This document shows, piece after piece, positions 12,276 to 25,659 of a DNA stretch of 64,000 nt (within the stretch, counting starts at the first letter, position 1; the number at the start of each line of letters is the position of its first letter). The position numbers and the translations under genes are program-made. The DNA comes from Octopus sinensis. Its lineage: Eukaryota. The notes below the pieces were generated by a model, which had not been told where the DNA came from, did not search any database, and saw nothing but the letters and a program-made list of their open reading frames with translations. Where the stretch lies: contig NC_043001.1 of the NCBI RefSeq assembly GCF_006345805.1, forward strand, positions 73,284,001 through 73,348,000, read 5' to 3'.

Positions 12276-14699
12276 ATATATCAGAATTTGTTTAAAATAA
12301 CTTTTGTTGTTATTAAGCTGTTACTTATGAGAAGTTTTAATTCAGATTACTTTAAAAAAGAATGTTTTTATCATAGAATCAGGGGTAGACTCAAGTGGGT
12401 AGATATCCAAAGGGTTATATAAAAAATGCAAGAAAACTAGGTCAAGTTATTTGCATATAAGTTTATTACAATCATTAAAATAGCTGTGACTATGAATATT
12501 CAGCTGATTAATTATTTAGTTAATACTGGTGGATGGATGGATAGCAGAATACTCCCCAATTTACCAACATGAAATATATTCCCACAAGGAATCACTCTAA
12601 TTGACTGCTTGAAATAACAGCCAAACATCCCTTAAATCAGACCCATCATCAAAAAGAAAAAAAAAACTGTGTGAAAGATTCACAGGTCAATGCAGTCCCA
12701 GATATACAGGCTTGTCATGACTGAAACATCTTTTATCAAGATTTACTCAGGGCTAATGAGCAGCAACAACTATAAGAAGCTGCTGAAATTAAACCAAAAT
12801 CTTGAAGTGTTCCTAGGTTATTTGTTTTGTTTTTGTTTTTTCTGCTTATCAAATTACAATTACTTTATTTCATTTATCAAAAAAGATAATGATTCTATAA
12901 AAGTAAATTTTTAAAATGGTAAAAAAAGAAAAAGAACTCTTAATTGTATAAAAATGTATTTCTCTCATTCTTCTAAAGTTTGCTGGGTGTTTTTTTGTTT
13001 ACTTATCTTAAGTACACATATTTCTCTTAAGAAAATTTATGTCAGTTTTTGTTTTTTTTTATAAAAACTTCATTGATTATTTCTATGAAATCAATACTCC
13101 ATGGGAAATTAATTGTAACATAATAATTGATATCATACATTAGTCACACATACCTAACAGCTGTTTATCCTTGTGTGCAGGTGTATGTGTGTGCATGTAT
13201 ATGAGTGTGTATGTGCCTATGTGTACATATATGCATGTGTAGAGTACTGTGTTTAATATTCTATATTCCCTAAGTTATGACAACAAAAATTAGTTGTAAA
13301 AGTAGCACTGATTTCTTTTCATTGAGCACAAAGCCATTTCTACAGTACAGAATGGCAGTACAATATAATTAATAAATCAAACTGCTTATTACTAGTAATT
13401 ATTTAATAAAATCTGAAGGCTGACTGATTAAGGGCATCAATATTCATTTCCCCATGTTAGATATGAGATTGATAAATCTGTAACCTAATAATATGTAGTC
13501 ATTGATTCTCAACCAATTAATCTTGTGAGCAGAATTAAAGTTCTTGATCTGACATAATTAATTCCTCTCAGTTACTTCTTGGTTTGTCTCTCCCATAGAA
13601 ACCTACCATAATTATTTCACCCAATATTTATCACCTATTCTCATTACATGTAAAGGTACAGTATGACTGAATGGTTAACAAGTTTGCTTTGCAATCTCAA
13701 GGTCCCCGGTTTGATCTATGTGGCAGGTGGAGCAAATATCATTTTCTATAGCCTGGAGTTGACCTAGTGAAACTGGGAAGATGAAAGTTGCTGGATTGTA
13801 CCTATAATTGTACCTGTCAGATGGATTGTACCCATAATTCAAAGATACACTTGTCATACACACTATATGCTAATTCTGCCTGGGAATTACATTAAAGGTA
13901 CACATGTCTGTGGAATATTTAGCCATTTATATAGTACTATGCTAATTCAGTTGAATCCTCATTGCCATAGCTAACAGAGAACCGTCCTTATTATATCCCT
14001 TATTACTATCGTTTCTAAACACACCAACCATTTTTTTTCAGCTCAGAAATTCTGTCAACACACTAGCTCACTTAGCCATCAAATGCAACATTATCTAATA
14101 GCTTACACTACACTGCTGTTAATTGTTTTAGGTACCTGTGTAGTTGTGAGCAGACATAGGCACTCTCTTGGCCCTTTCACCCTTGCTGCAGTAAAAGCAT
14201 CAAGGATGTGACTATTAGAGGGAAGGAGAGTTGTGCTTGCTGTCAGCTGGTATTCATTTACAAGTAAGCATACAACAGGAAAGACTGCAACAACACAAAA
14301 CAAAGTGCCTTGCTCAAGAGCAGAACATTCTACCTGGTCTGGGAATCAAATCTGCGCCCTTATGATTGTGAGCCCAATGCCTTCACTCACATATCAAATT
14401 TCTAAATCCAAGTCTCTATTTGGTTTGTTTTTAGTTTAGCAACATCAGAGAGAGAGAGAGTAAAAGTTAGTGAAAGAATGAGAGATTCTTTGTCACCATT
14501 AAAAGAAACAGCTATTTCAACTTCTAGTCCATTCTTAAATAGAGGTATGGTATCTACATACAGAGCTACTTTCAGTCCAAGTTATTTTACAAAAACAATT
14601 TACTAGCAACATTAACACAGACTGCCATTTCCTAACAACATGAACATTGTGTCATTTAAACAATTCATAGACTTCTTGGTGGTCTACAATAGAAACTAT

Positions 14700-15092
14700 C
14701 CACTATGCTTATAAAATCAAAAACAATGCAAAACCCATGACTTGAAGAAACGTTTTTTCATGCTCAGCTCAGAACTGTCAAAGAATGGAATAAACTATCC
14801 ATATCAGATGCAAGCTATGAAGAAACTGCATCCTTCAAAAGGCCCATGCTTCCCAAAATTTGCCAACACAACTCTTGATATACTTATGCACCTTTTCCTC
14901 TTGATGGCTTCTTTACTGTTCACTTTTGTCTTTTGTGTTTTATTCTGTGTACTGAGCATGTACTTCTAACTTTCATTACTGTCGTTCTTTACTTGACTTA
15001 TGTTATCCACTTTCTGACCCTCTTTTAACCTTTTTCTAATGTGCTGTAGTGCACTGAGCCCTGTATACAATAAGCTCATTATTATTATTTAT
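14700..15092 (+). mobile_element. Decayed CR1 LINE 3' end with 3'UTR and (ATT)n tail
   Basis: Homologous to 40500-40800: CCATGACTT..AAACGTTTTTTCA..ACTGCATCCTTCAAAA..CATGCTTCC; ends GCACTGAGCCCTGTATACAATAA. Confidence 0.7.
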
Positions 15093-15725
15093 TATATCAT
15101 TACACATCTTGTAAATTTAAACTTCTGCTTTGTTGATCAAGTTCTCATTGCACTCTTTTTGTACCCACACCTTTCACTGAGCATATCCCCTTCATTTCCC
15201 ACCTGCTTCTCCATATATTAAGCAAGACTACTTCCAAGATTATCATGGATTTGTATTCTCTCAATTACAGACTTTTATACTGTATTATAAGCCATGTTCA
15301 GATTTTTTTTACTAAGCATCACGTAAAACTAGTCTTTCAGCCTAATACTGCAATGAGAATCAAATTATTGACCCAAATATAACTAGTCTCAAGAGCATGC
15401 TCAAATAACCTGAATTCATATAAAGGAAGAAATAAAGCAGAAATCTGGTTTTCAAGCAGCACACAAAAGCACCCAGCACACTGTAAAATTGTTGTTATTA
15501 GGAAGGGCATCCCCCCTCGTATACAAGTTACAAATATTTTATTCATTGAAAAAAGAACTTTACGAAAGTAAAGAGTAAAAGCAAAATGGTTTTAAAAGAT
15601 TAAAACAGAAAATGAGATCACGAAATAAAATAAAAAGCCTTACACACTTCCTCAATTATACATCTCGCCAGGAGACACTGGAGAAAATATGCAAGAGAAT
15701 GCATACGTAGGGGTACTGAAATAAA

Positions 15726-15918
15726 CCCTTTCGTTACCCTATTCCTGTTGAAATACACTGTCTTTGTTTCAATAAATTTCAAAAATAATGAAGATAAGCT
15801 GATGCATCGAACATAAATAAAGATATTTAAATGAGAAATTTTAATTTAAATTACTTTAAAATAGGAAGTTTGTATCATAAAAGGAAGGGCAGTATCGCGC
15901 GAGTCGGTATCAAAAGAG
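15726..15918. mobile_element. Decayed piggyBac-type MITE
   Basis: Imperfect TIRs CCCTTTCGTTACC / GGTATCAAAAGAG, flanked on both sides by TAAA (degenerate TTAA). Confidence 0.5.
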
Positions 15919-17043
15919 TAAATATTATCTTGTCAAATGAGAAGGATGTCATATCAAATAAACCAAAACACTAAACAGTGGTTGTAAATTGTTAGGAAAT
16001 GGTAAGTTGTTGCTTCGCTCTACAATAAAAGCTGATACAAAAAACACTTTGGTAATTTAAGAAGAATGAGTGGATTATTAGGGCGTACACATTACTGTTT
16101 TGTACCAAACCAGGGCTGTTTTGAACAAAAATAAAATAGGGTAAATATAAATAAACGAGAGGGAAACACTTGTTAATTTAATAATTTGTGGATTTAATAA
16201 TTCTTGTGCATAGTTTTACGTGTTGCTTTCTAAATTTATACTTATACAACTCTAATTAGGTGTAATTAATTGGGTATTAACACATAAAGCGCGACGGATC
16301 ACGATCGTAACCGTCAGGCACAGGTCAAGTCACGATCGTGGCCCAGATAGATGCATTTAATTTATGGGCGTTTGTTGGGGGTCTAATGTCACACGAACGC
16401 TCCGATACCCGCCAGAATGCAAAAGGACTAATAGTTCAACTAATGACTTTTCAGATTATGTAAAACTTGCCCCCCCATTATATACTAAGAAGATATTTTA
16501 ACTATTTTTTGTTTTGGTTTTTTTTTGTGTGCATTCTCATAAAATGTGCTCAGCAGACCATAAGCTTGGTTATATATTACATCGACTGAAACACAAGATG
16601 AAAAGTTGTACCAACAAACAGAGCGTAAAAGTCTGAGTCACTACCACCGTCAGAATGGTATGTTCTGAACTAAACGAAAATGGGAAATTAAAATTTAAGT
16701 TTTTTGTTTATTTATTTATTTATTCGGTTTTCTTTTAACAAACCGAGGTTGTATGATACATTTGTCAAGTGAATGAGCCGTTTACATACATAATTGACAT
16801 TTTATCAAAATAAATAGCTTGATATTTTCTTGTTCATACATAAATATCTTTGTATAATTGAAAACAAGAATGATGATCGCATATTTGAGACGAACCAAAC
16901 ATTTGTTATGATGAATGTATTTCTATTTCCCTACTTTGTCCGAGGTTTTACGATTCCGAAGTGATATAAAACAAAAATAAACTTCTTCGGATAAATATAA
17001 GCGATAGAAAATGGGGAGTACCGACACAAGTATGTTCCCACCC

Positions 17044-17725
17044 CACCCGACTTTGTTCCGCATAACTTCCAGAAAAATGGATATTTTTAAAATCAAGTTT
17101 TCTAAAAATACGCTTCAGATCATGTAAATGTCAATTATATCGGAATTTGTGAAGACTTTTTGCCAAGGGTGGGGTGATGAGCTCCGGAAAATTCATACGA
17201 GCCGGCTTTGTTTCCTCATATCTTTCAGAAAAACTGGTATTTTATTTTTTTTATGAAAATTTCTACAACTGCCTTTTAGAGTGTGTAGGTTACGATTATA
17301 TCGAGATATGATATGAAAAAAATAAATCTGGTGGGCTCGAATACATACATACTGACACACATCACAATTTCTAAATTGCAAGTTTCCTTTTGTAGATACG
17401 TGATGTGTCAGTATGTATCTGTACGAACCCACCATTTTCATTATTATCATTATTATTAAATTCTGATATAATCGCCATCTACACACTCTAAAAGGCAGTT
17501 GAAGAAAATTTCATTAAAAATTGCCCATTTTTCTGAAAGTTATGAGGAAACAAACCGACTCACGTGAATTTTCCGAAACTCCTCACCCTACATTCGGAAA
17601 ATTGATTTTTCACCACAAATTCCGATATAATCGGAACCTACACCATCTGATGCGTATTTGTAGAAAATTTCATTAAAAAAATATCCATTTTTTCTGGAAG
17701 TTTTGAGGCAACAAAGTTGGGTCCA
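17044..17725. mobile_element. Foldback/MITE-like palindromic element; each arm includes two tandem ~140-bp subunits
   Basis: 17044-17365 is the imperfect reverse complement of 17400-17725, e.g. CAACTGCCTTTTAGAGTGTGTAG vs CTACACACTCTAAAAGGCAGTTG, and ATACATACTGACAC..ATCAC vs GTGATGTGTCAGTATGTAT. Central loop 17366-17399. Related subunits at 32520-32735. Confidence 0.75.
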
Positions 17726-18853
17726 CACATGTATAGGTATACCGAAAATGAGAGTTGTGGAATGCATACTTTGAATTATTTTAGACACAACCATAAGCGA
17801 AATAGTTACAGTTGAAAATTGAGACCCGATCGGCGACTTAATGTAAATAGAACTTCAACGTTTCGTTGCTGATCACAAAATTATTACTTATCATAAAAGA
17901 AAGAAATCGGACACAAGATCACAAGCATTAAAGACACAGCATTAAAATTACTCTACTGCTTTATGACTGATTCGAACTCAGAACAGTGGGATAACTAACT
18001 AGATCGTCCACAATTACCCTAAATTTGCTCTAAAGCATTGACGGTATCTTTAATTTTGACGCCCGTCTGTTTAACCTAAATCTCAGATGTCAAAATATTA
18101 GAAAAAAAAGTCAGAAGATAAACAAGCGGTGAAGATGTTTCTGCGTGGATGACATCACTTGCATGATCGTAACCTGAGATGGGACACACACGCTTGAGAG
18201 AAGCTTCAATGTGATTGTTCGCCATACTAGAAATAATAACTAGATTTCCAGAAAATCACGCCTAATATCTAAATAAATGTTATTTATCCAAAAATAAACT
18301 AAAAAGTGATTCATGGTACTTGAAAAAAAAATGGTAGAATTACGACAGGAATGCTTCTGGAATGGAACTTGAAGAGATCCTGTTGCCGTACGCCACAAAA
18401 TCGGTGATCATTATGTGTATACAGGTTTGTATGCTTCTCAGTGTAGAAGTAACTATATGTGTGTGTGTGTGTCTTTGTGCGTGTGTGTGTGTGTATTTTA
18501 ATATGTGTATGCTGCTCTGCCGTTCCTGTTATATATATAATTCATGTTATCGGATTAGAAATCTAAAACTCGATATTTACTCCCATACCCATCACATATT
18601 TTGTTGTGTATCTAACTGCAAACAAGTTGGCACCTGACTGAAATTACCATGGCACCATATCTAATTCTTTGATTTTAAATACATATAAAGTACACGGGCC
18701 ACTTTAAAGAGACTTTTGCAAAGACCACAGTTATTTCTTTTAAAGCATTAATGATGTTGTTTATGTTGCCAAATCTTCGTGATTGTGACAAGGAAAGAAA
18801 TATAGACAAAAGATTTTAAAAGAAAGAAGGTGGAAAAAAATCAATTGTTCTAC

Positions 18854-19300
18854 CTGTGGTTCGATCCCTTTGTTGATATGTTCGCAGAGTAATGAAAAAG
18901 CTACTTGAAGTCGTGCATGATAGCTCTGTTTGCCATTTCGGAAATATTCCAAATTACTTAAAGAACAAGACTTCAGTTCTCTGAAGATAGAATAGAGAAC
19001 ACGCTTCATTATTTTATCCGGATCCAAAACCTGGGTGTCACCAATATTGTTGGTGCCAGTTGGAGAGATCGATCCACAGTTGTCAGAATCGGTAATAGAA
19101 ATGTTCAATGGAGATGTGAACTGCCGAGATGATAGGTCGGCGGTAGTAAAAGGTTGTTTGAACTCGCTGTTCCCTTGCTGGATTTTCGACAAATGATAGC
19201 AGTGTGAAGGAGCAGGCGAATGTTGTCGCCTGTCGACTGTGTTTAATGGTGGCGGTGGTTTACTGCTTACACTTACACATAACTTGACATCATCAGCCAT
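18854..19300 (-). CDS. LIPE: ATG-bearing coding exon of a hormone-sensitive lipase (HSL/LIPE)-like gene, 149 codons, phase-0 donor
   Basis: The ORF segment VLYSIFRELKSCSLSNLEYFRNGKQSYHARLQVAFSLLCEHINKGIEPQ aligns by eye with the start of mammalian HSL ([46 protein letters not shown]). Similarity stops at a donor CCACAG|GTAGAA (intron starts 18853), and the ORF becomes low-complexity after it. The assignment is from remembered sequence, not a search. Confidence 0.75.
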
Positions 19301-19323
19301 TGTCTCACGGCTATTTATAAATA

Positions 19324-19394
19324 CTGGACAGGGAGAGGAAGAGAAAGAGATAAAGAGAGAGGGGAAAGATTAAAAGAGAGAGAGACGCACTTAC
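19324..19394 (-). other. Probable 71-nt 5'UTR intron of the LIPE-like gene
   Basis: Minus strand: donor TTC|GTAAGT at 19394, a TTTAAT branch-like motif, a long CT tract, and acceptor CTGTCCAG| at 19324, 23 nt upstream of the ATG. Confidence 0.55.
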
Positions 19395-19800
19395 GAAGGC
19401 AAGCCAAGTGGGGATGAAAGTGTGTAGGCGAAACAAGAGAGGTGGAGGAAAGAGGGAATAAAACGCGAGAGAAAGTATAGAGGGTAAAAGAAAAAGACAG
19501 AATGCGTAAAGAGGGAAAAAGAAAAATTAGAGAGAAAGAGATGTGTAAGAAGAGTGAAGAGAGGATTAGATAGAGAGAGATAGAGTAGAAAAGGCGTGAA
19601 GAAAGAAAAAGGAGGCGATGAGAGGAAGAAAATAGAAGGAAGGAATAAATAAAAGTAAATGGGAGTAAAAAATAGAATTTTAGGGGGCAAAATATAAAAG
19701 TTGTTAAAGTAATTGAGATGGATAAATAGCAAGGAGAAAAAAAACAGATTGAGAGATAAATAGAGGACGAATCGGAGAGTGTGTTGATTAGAAGAGCGAA
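19328..19800. repeat. Purine-rich (GA) low-complexity tract (CT-rich on the gene strand); probable 5'UTR/promoter of the LIPE-like gene
   Basis: About 470 bp of G/A-dominated plus strand directly upstream of the ATG exon. Confidence 0.7.
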
Positions 19801-20989
19801 AAAGAAACCATTTTAGATTAATAGATATATGTATATAGAAGAAGGCTTTCTGTAACTTTGTTAATAATTTTAAATCATATGCAACAGAAGTTTAACAATA
19901 AAAAAAAATTATTCAATCACAAAAAAATTCGGTCAATAATATGTTTACAAATAAATGCCACAGCCTTAGTAGGACCGCACTGAATAGAAATGACGTAATA
20001 AAGTACAATGAAAAGCCGGGCTCGTCTTTTACATACACACACATACCACATATGTATATATACGTGTGTGAGTGCATAGATAGATAGTCATGTATATATG
20101 TGTGTGTGTGATTTATATATAGGTGTGGCTGTATGGTTAATAAATTTACTTCCCAACTACATAGTTTGAGGTTCAGTCTCACGGCGCAGCACTTTGGACA
20201 AGTGTCTTTTGCTACAACTTAAGGTTGACCAAAGCCATGTGAATAGATCTGGTGAATAGAAACTGAAAGAAGTCTCATCCTCATCATCATTTAACATCCA
20301 TTTTCTGTTTTAGCATGGGTTTGACATTTTGACTGGGTCCAGTGAGCTGCAGAGATAACAAGGTAAGCATAAGAGAGGATACAGACTGTGGATCAGTGGG
20401 GGAAGGAGAGGGTTGGTCGTTTCATAAATGTGTGAGGGGTGAATAACAGGTGGTTAGCAACGGGAGTAGGGGAAAATGTAGTAAGTGATGAACAAGGATG
20501 GAGATGTGGTTGATAGAAAATAACCAGTTTGAAGAGGATTTCAGGTGAGAGATTTGGAAGTGGCTCAGGAAGAATGATAGATGAAAACGTAGGGGGATGA
20601 TGTGAAGGGAAGAAGATACATAGTGCACAAGGATAGCTATAGTGTGTAGAGCATGATGTATGAGAGAGCATTGAGAATGATAGCAACTGTAAGCATAGAA
20701 AGGAAGTGATTGGTGAAAATAAAGCAAGAAGAGAAGAGGTTAATATAATTGAGGAATGGAAGTTGTTCTAGAGCAGGGTGAAGGAGGTAACTGGTAGTGA
20801 TTACAGTTCATTTCTTTATTTGGTAGTGATTACAGTTGTTGAGTAGTGCCATAGAGGAGTGATACAGGGCTGGAATGAGATGTAGGGAATGCTCGATGAG
20901 GTACAATGGGTATAGGAGCAGGAGTGAGCACATACAAACATTAAAAAATTGCTTTAAGAATATCATAAATGCAGACTGGACGGGTTTTC

Positions 20990-22560
20990 TTGAGCACAGT
21001 AAATATCCAATCATCTTCGTCCTTTGTCATATCTTCCATGACCTCAGTATCTTGAAATCAGCCTTCACTACTACATCTCATGTCTTCCAGGCCTCCCTCT
21101 TCCTCTTCCACAATTTCCATCCACTTAACAACTGGTACTTCTTTATACAGCTGTCCTCCATCATATGCATTAAATGACCAAACCAGCACAGTCTTCTCTC
21201 TTGCATGCTACATCTGACATTTCTTATACCTAATTATTCTCTCAACAACTTAGTACCTTATCATACATTCACACTGATATTGCACATCAAACAGAGCACA
21301 CTAGCTTCATTCTCTCTAATTTTGTCATATCCTCTGCATTCAGAGCCCACATCTTACTGCCATGTAGCATTGCTGTTCATATACAAGCATCATACAATCT
21401 GCCTTTCACTTTGAGAAAAAGACAATCCCTATAGCTCTCTGAACTTTCACCAGCCTATTCTTATTGTAGCAACAATACTCTCAAAATATCTTCTACTGTT
21501 TATTAAGCCACCTAGTTAACAGGAACTATGTGCCATTCTAGGGAGCCTCCAGGCCATACTTGCCAAGATAACTTTAAGGCCCTTCAATTTCAGGTTTCAC
21601 TTCTACACCTGCAATTTATTTTCTAATTCTGTTACAGATTCCACTCACAGAATAAGGTCATCAGTGTATAATAGTTCTCAAGGACAGCCAGTTTTAAATT
21701 CCTGTGTTATGACCTTAGGACAATGATGAATAGGAGGGGACTGAACCTGAGTGAACTGTACCTTAAATTCATCATGGTACTTATGGCTGACACTCACCTT
21801 ACTGGCGGCAACCCTGTACATGGCTTGTATGGCTTTCACAAGCCTTTTGTCAACTCCTAGTTTCCTCAGATCACAGAGAGGACACCTGTTCCAGATCAAT
21901 GAATACCAAGTACTGTGGCTTATTTTTAGCTAAATACTTCTCCTGCAGTTGTCTTACTAAGCAGATGGCATTAGTAGTACTAATCCCTAACACAAAACCA
22001 AACTGCATCTTACCTAGTCTATTTCTGTTCCTAAGTAATTGGGCTATAACTCTCTTTGTAACTTTCATGACCTGGTTTATACCTCTGTAATAATTTCTAT
22101 CTAATGTATCTTCTTTAGCTATGTAATAGCTGACTATAATGGTGCCATACAGTCGCTGTATATGACTCCTTGTACAGACTGATTAACTATATGGACTAGG
22201 ACATATCCTACTTCACCAGATATTTTAAGCATCTCATGGGTAAATCCTGATAGATTAGGGATTTTCCTTCTCTTCATATTCATAATTGCCTCGTCCATCA
22301 TACAGCTATCAACTAGACTAGACAGTTCCTCTGTTGAGATTCCCAGACACTCTCCATGTTTAATAGCCTTTCACAGTAGCACTTCCATGCCTCTTTCTTT
22401 ACAGAATCAATTAGTGCAAGTATAGCATTATCCATCCATACACACTTCTCTACCACAGTATGTATTGGCAGTTTGCTTTACTATAGCATCTAGTGGTGAT
22501 TTACTGTTCTTGATAAAACACATCAAGCTAAATAAAATTGCTGTCATCCATATATATACA
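20990..22560 (-). mobile_element. Decayed RTE LINE (RT to C-terminus), same family as 61810-62720
   Basis: Fragments QFGFVLGISTTNAICLVRQLQEKYLAKNKP, YTDDL, KVKGRLYDAC, AMLHGS, ERNEAS, KRLCWFGH. Confidence 0.8.
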
Positions 22561-23428
22561 GGCTTTTCCTTTACAGGTGGACAGTTCCTTGACTGACCAG
22601 CACCTGGTAAACCATGCCAGAATGGAAAAGGACATTAAATGATGATGATATGTGTGAGTGTGTACATGTGTGTGTGAGTGTATGTGTGTCTCCTTGTCTT
22701 GACATCACATGATTGTTGTAAATGAATCCCATTCATTTCCAAAATTCTACATAAACATCTCTGGCCTTGGGGTAATATTACTTTACTTGGAAACAGGTAA
22801 GAGTTGGTAACAAGAAGGGCATCCAGCCATAGATAATCTACCTAAATAAACTCCGTCTGACCCATACATGCATAGAAAAGTGGACAATAAAATGATGATG
22901 TAAGAAAAAGAAACGATAAATCTGTTCCATCTATTATGGGGGCACCCTTTCTCTTTGCAAGCTACAAGGTAACCCTAACAGTGCTGATGTCACAAAAGCA
23001 TCCAGTACATTTTGTAAGGGATTAGTAAATTGAATTTAGAAATGCAGAATGTGAGAGGATTCTTTAGTCCAGGGGCAGCTAGGAAAACTCTATTGTATGG
23101 GTGCCATCAAGAATTATTTGTGAGCAGATGGTACTATATATATACTTATATGAGTTTTATGGGATTTCTTTCCATAAATTCACAACACATCATATACAAA
23201 TATTATTTTCATATTCACAATTTTACGCCTGTAAACTATCAGCAAAATATGAAGAATCTATCTTCATTGATTGATTGATTGATTCTAGTTTCAGCTTATG
23301 AGCTGTGGCCATGCTGGGGCACCGCCATTTAGAAATCTTTTTTTGGAAACCTCCAAATTAAAGGACGAATCTAATTCAACTTTTTTACACACACACACAC
23401 ATGTATATGTATATATATATATATATAT

Positions 23429-23460
<32 letters not shown>

Positions 23461-24303
23461 ATATATATATATTTCGTTTTTATATTTGGTTTGCAAGATT
23501 CTTTATGTGAATTCGTTTGTTGAAGCATATTTTATATGGGGAGAGTCATTCTCGTTTCTTCAAGCACCTGAAGGACCCAACACTCAGACAAGTACAAGAG
23601 CACATCCTCGTCAATGAAACATCCCCAGTACTAAATAGGAAATATACATAGAAGGTGTCATACCCCAATTCCCACAGTTTATATAGTCACACAAACCCAA
23701 ACCTATACACAGACACACACAAACAGGCACACACAAGGAAACAGAGGTACACACACACATACATATATACAGACACATATACACACACACATACAAACGT
23801 ACAAACATAAACACAAATGCACGCAAACATGAACACACAAGCACGTGGATATGAAGAATACATACAAGCATGCACATACGCATACACATATATATATGCA
23901 TACACACACATACATGCATACACACATACAAACATACAGATGCACACACACACATATGCATGCATAAATACATGCATTCACACATACAAATGTGCAGACA
24001 AGCATACATATATATATATATATGCATACACACACATACATACATATGTGTATGTGCATGCACACAAACAAACAAACAAAACAAAGAATAGTTCCAATAA
24101 TGGACAGAGTCAGCAACTATTGAAAAGGCTGCAAGACGCAATGAAAATTTAAGTAAAAATAAATAAGTTAATGAGTGGAAATCAGACCAGTAATTTCCCC
24201 AGACACAATAATATATATATATATATGCATACACACGCACACTCACTCATACATATATACAAACATATATTTATATGCACACATAGACACTCCTACACAT
24301 ACG

Positions 24304-24376
<73 letters not shown>

Positions 24377-24380
24377 ATTA

Positions 24381-24418
<38 letters not shown>

Positions 24419-25379
24419 TGCTTCCTGTTAAGCTTACAACCATTTCTGATACAAGCTACATTGTTTACTTGGCAAATATCCTAAAAAAGTTGTTTGTTAC
24501 AAAACAAAAGACAATCTGTAAAGATATTGTTCTGTGTATAGTCTAGTTTATATTCTCACTACACACAGGCACACACACACATCATTTTTGTTTCTCATTT
24601 TATAGATGTTATAATTAAGTGGCACCACCTAATAAAAGGGCATATTTGATAATGCAATGCTAGATGTAATATTTATGAATAAAAGACAGAATGGTCATGA
24701 CTGGAACATCTTTGATCCACTAACTGCTAAATTAAGGCTAGGCTGACCTTGGCTATACAACAACAACAACCAGAAGTAAGCATCAAATTCCTGTCACTGT
24801 CATAAGAGAATGTTGTATAGAACTAAACAAATCCCTCAGTCACCTAGGCTTCTCTTGTATTTCAAAACCAGTGAAAGATCACCTCTGTAATTCTTATACA
24901 TATGATGGACAGTACATTATGCACCATCAAAATACCAATTTGTTTTACTGTTCTCCATCATCATTTATGAAATAATAAAACCAGTAGTTCACAGACAACT
25001 GCAAAGCTATCTGCTTAACAATCAACTCATTTCTGAAAGAAATTTGGCTTTTGACCAAACTATAATTGCATAGCACAGTAGAACTTTTGACTATCTTTTG
25101 CCAGACATGAAACAGTTCCTTTGACAAAAGGTCAGGGGGTAAGTGTCAGAGCACAAGACATAAAAGAGATTTTTGAAAGAATTTGCTGCAATGGGTTCTG
25201 CACCAAACTCAAATCTAAGGGAGCATGTGGAAACTGCACTATGGTAAATCCAACACTGGAAAAAAAAACCTCTGTAATACCCCACTCTTTCCTTTAGGGT
25301 TCTAACCATTTTCTTTTTTTGATGATGGAACTTTTGACAGAATTTGATGTGCCAAACTTGAATCCTTGGGTGTAGAGGA

Positions 25380-25635
25380 AAACTGCATCATGGACATTAA
25401 AGACGATTTAAGAGTTTGATACAATAGACACTATGTCATATTCAAATCCAAATTTTCAGAAAGTTAAAATACCTTTGAAACTACCATAATGGAAGATCCA
25501 TCAAGGTCACATTGATTGTTACCCATCAATGCAACAGTCCCAAAAGGCTCAATACTTAGGTTAATTTCTGCTTTCAGTCTTCACAGGTCACCTGGTCGAC
25601 TCTTGCCTCTACACTGATGACTTCACACTGAACCA
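25380..25635 (+). mobile_element. Heavily decayed CR1/L2-group RT fragment
   Basis: PINATVPKGSIL and YTDDFTL resemble INAGVPQGSILGP and YADDTTL. Confidence 0.45.
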
Positions 25636-25659
25636 GTAATATTGATTTCAAATTTTGAT

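Noticed and set aside
19391-19732. 113-aa F/L/S-rich ORF upstream of the LIPE-like exon
   Set aside because: It is a by-product of the CT-rich tract. Splicing through the 71-nt intron puts it out of frame with the HSL ORF (stop after 4 codons); at most a uORF.
20380-20880. Purine-rich tract with H/L/S/P-rich minus-strand ORFs, possibly an L2 endonuclease remnant
   Set aside because: No diagnostic motif (GDFN, YRPP) could be recovered; low complexity explains the ORFs.
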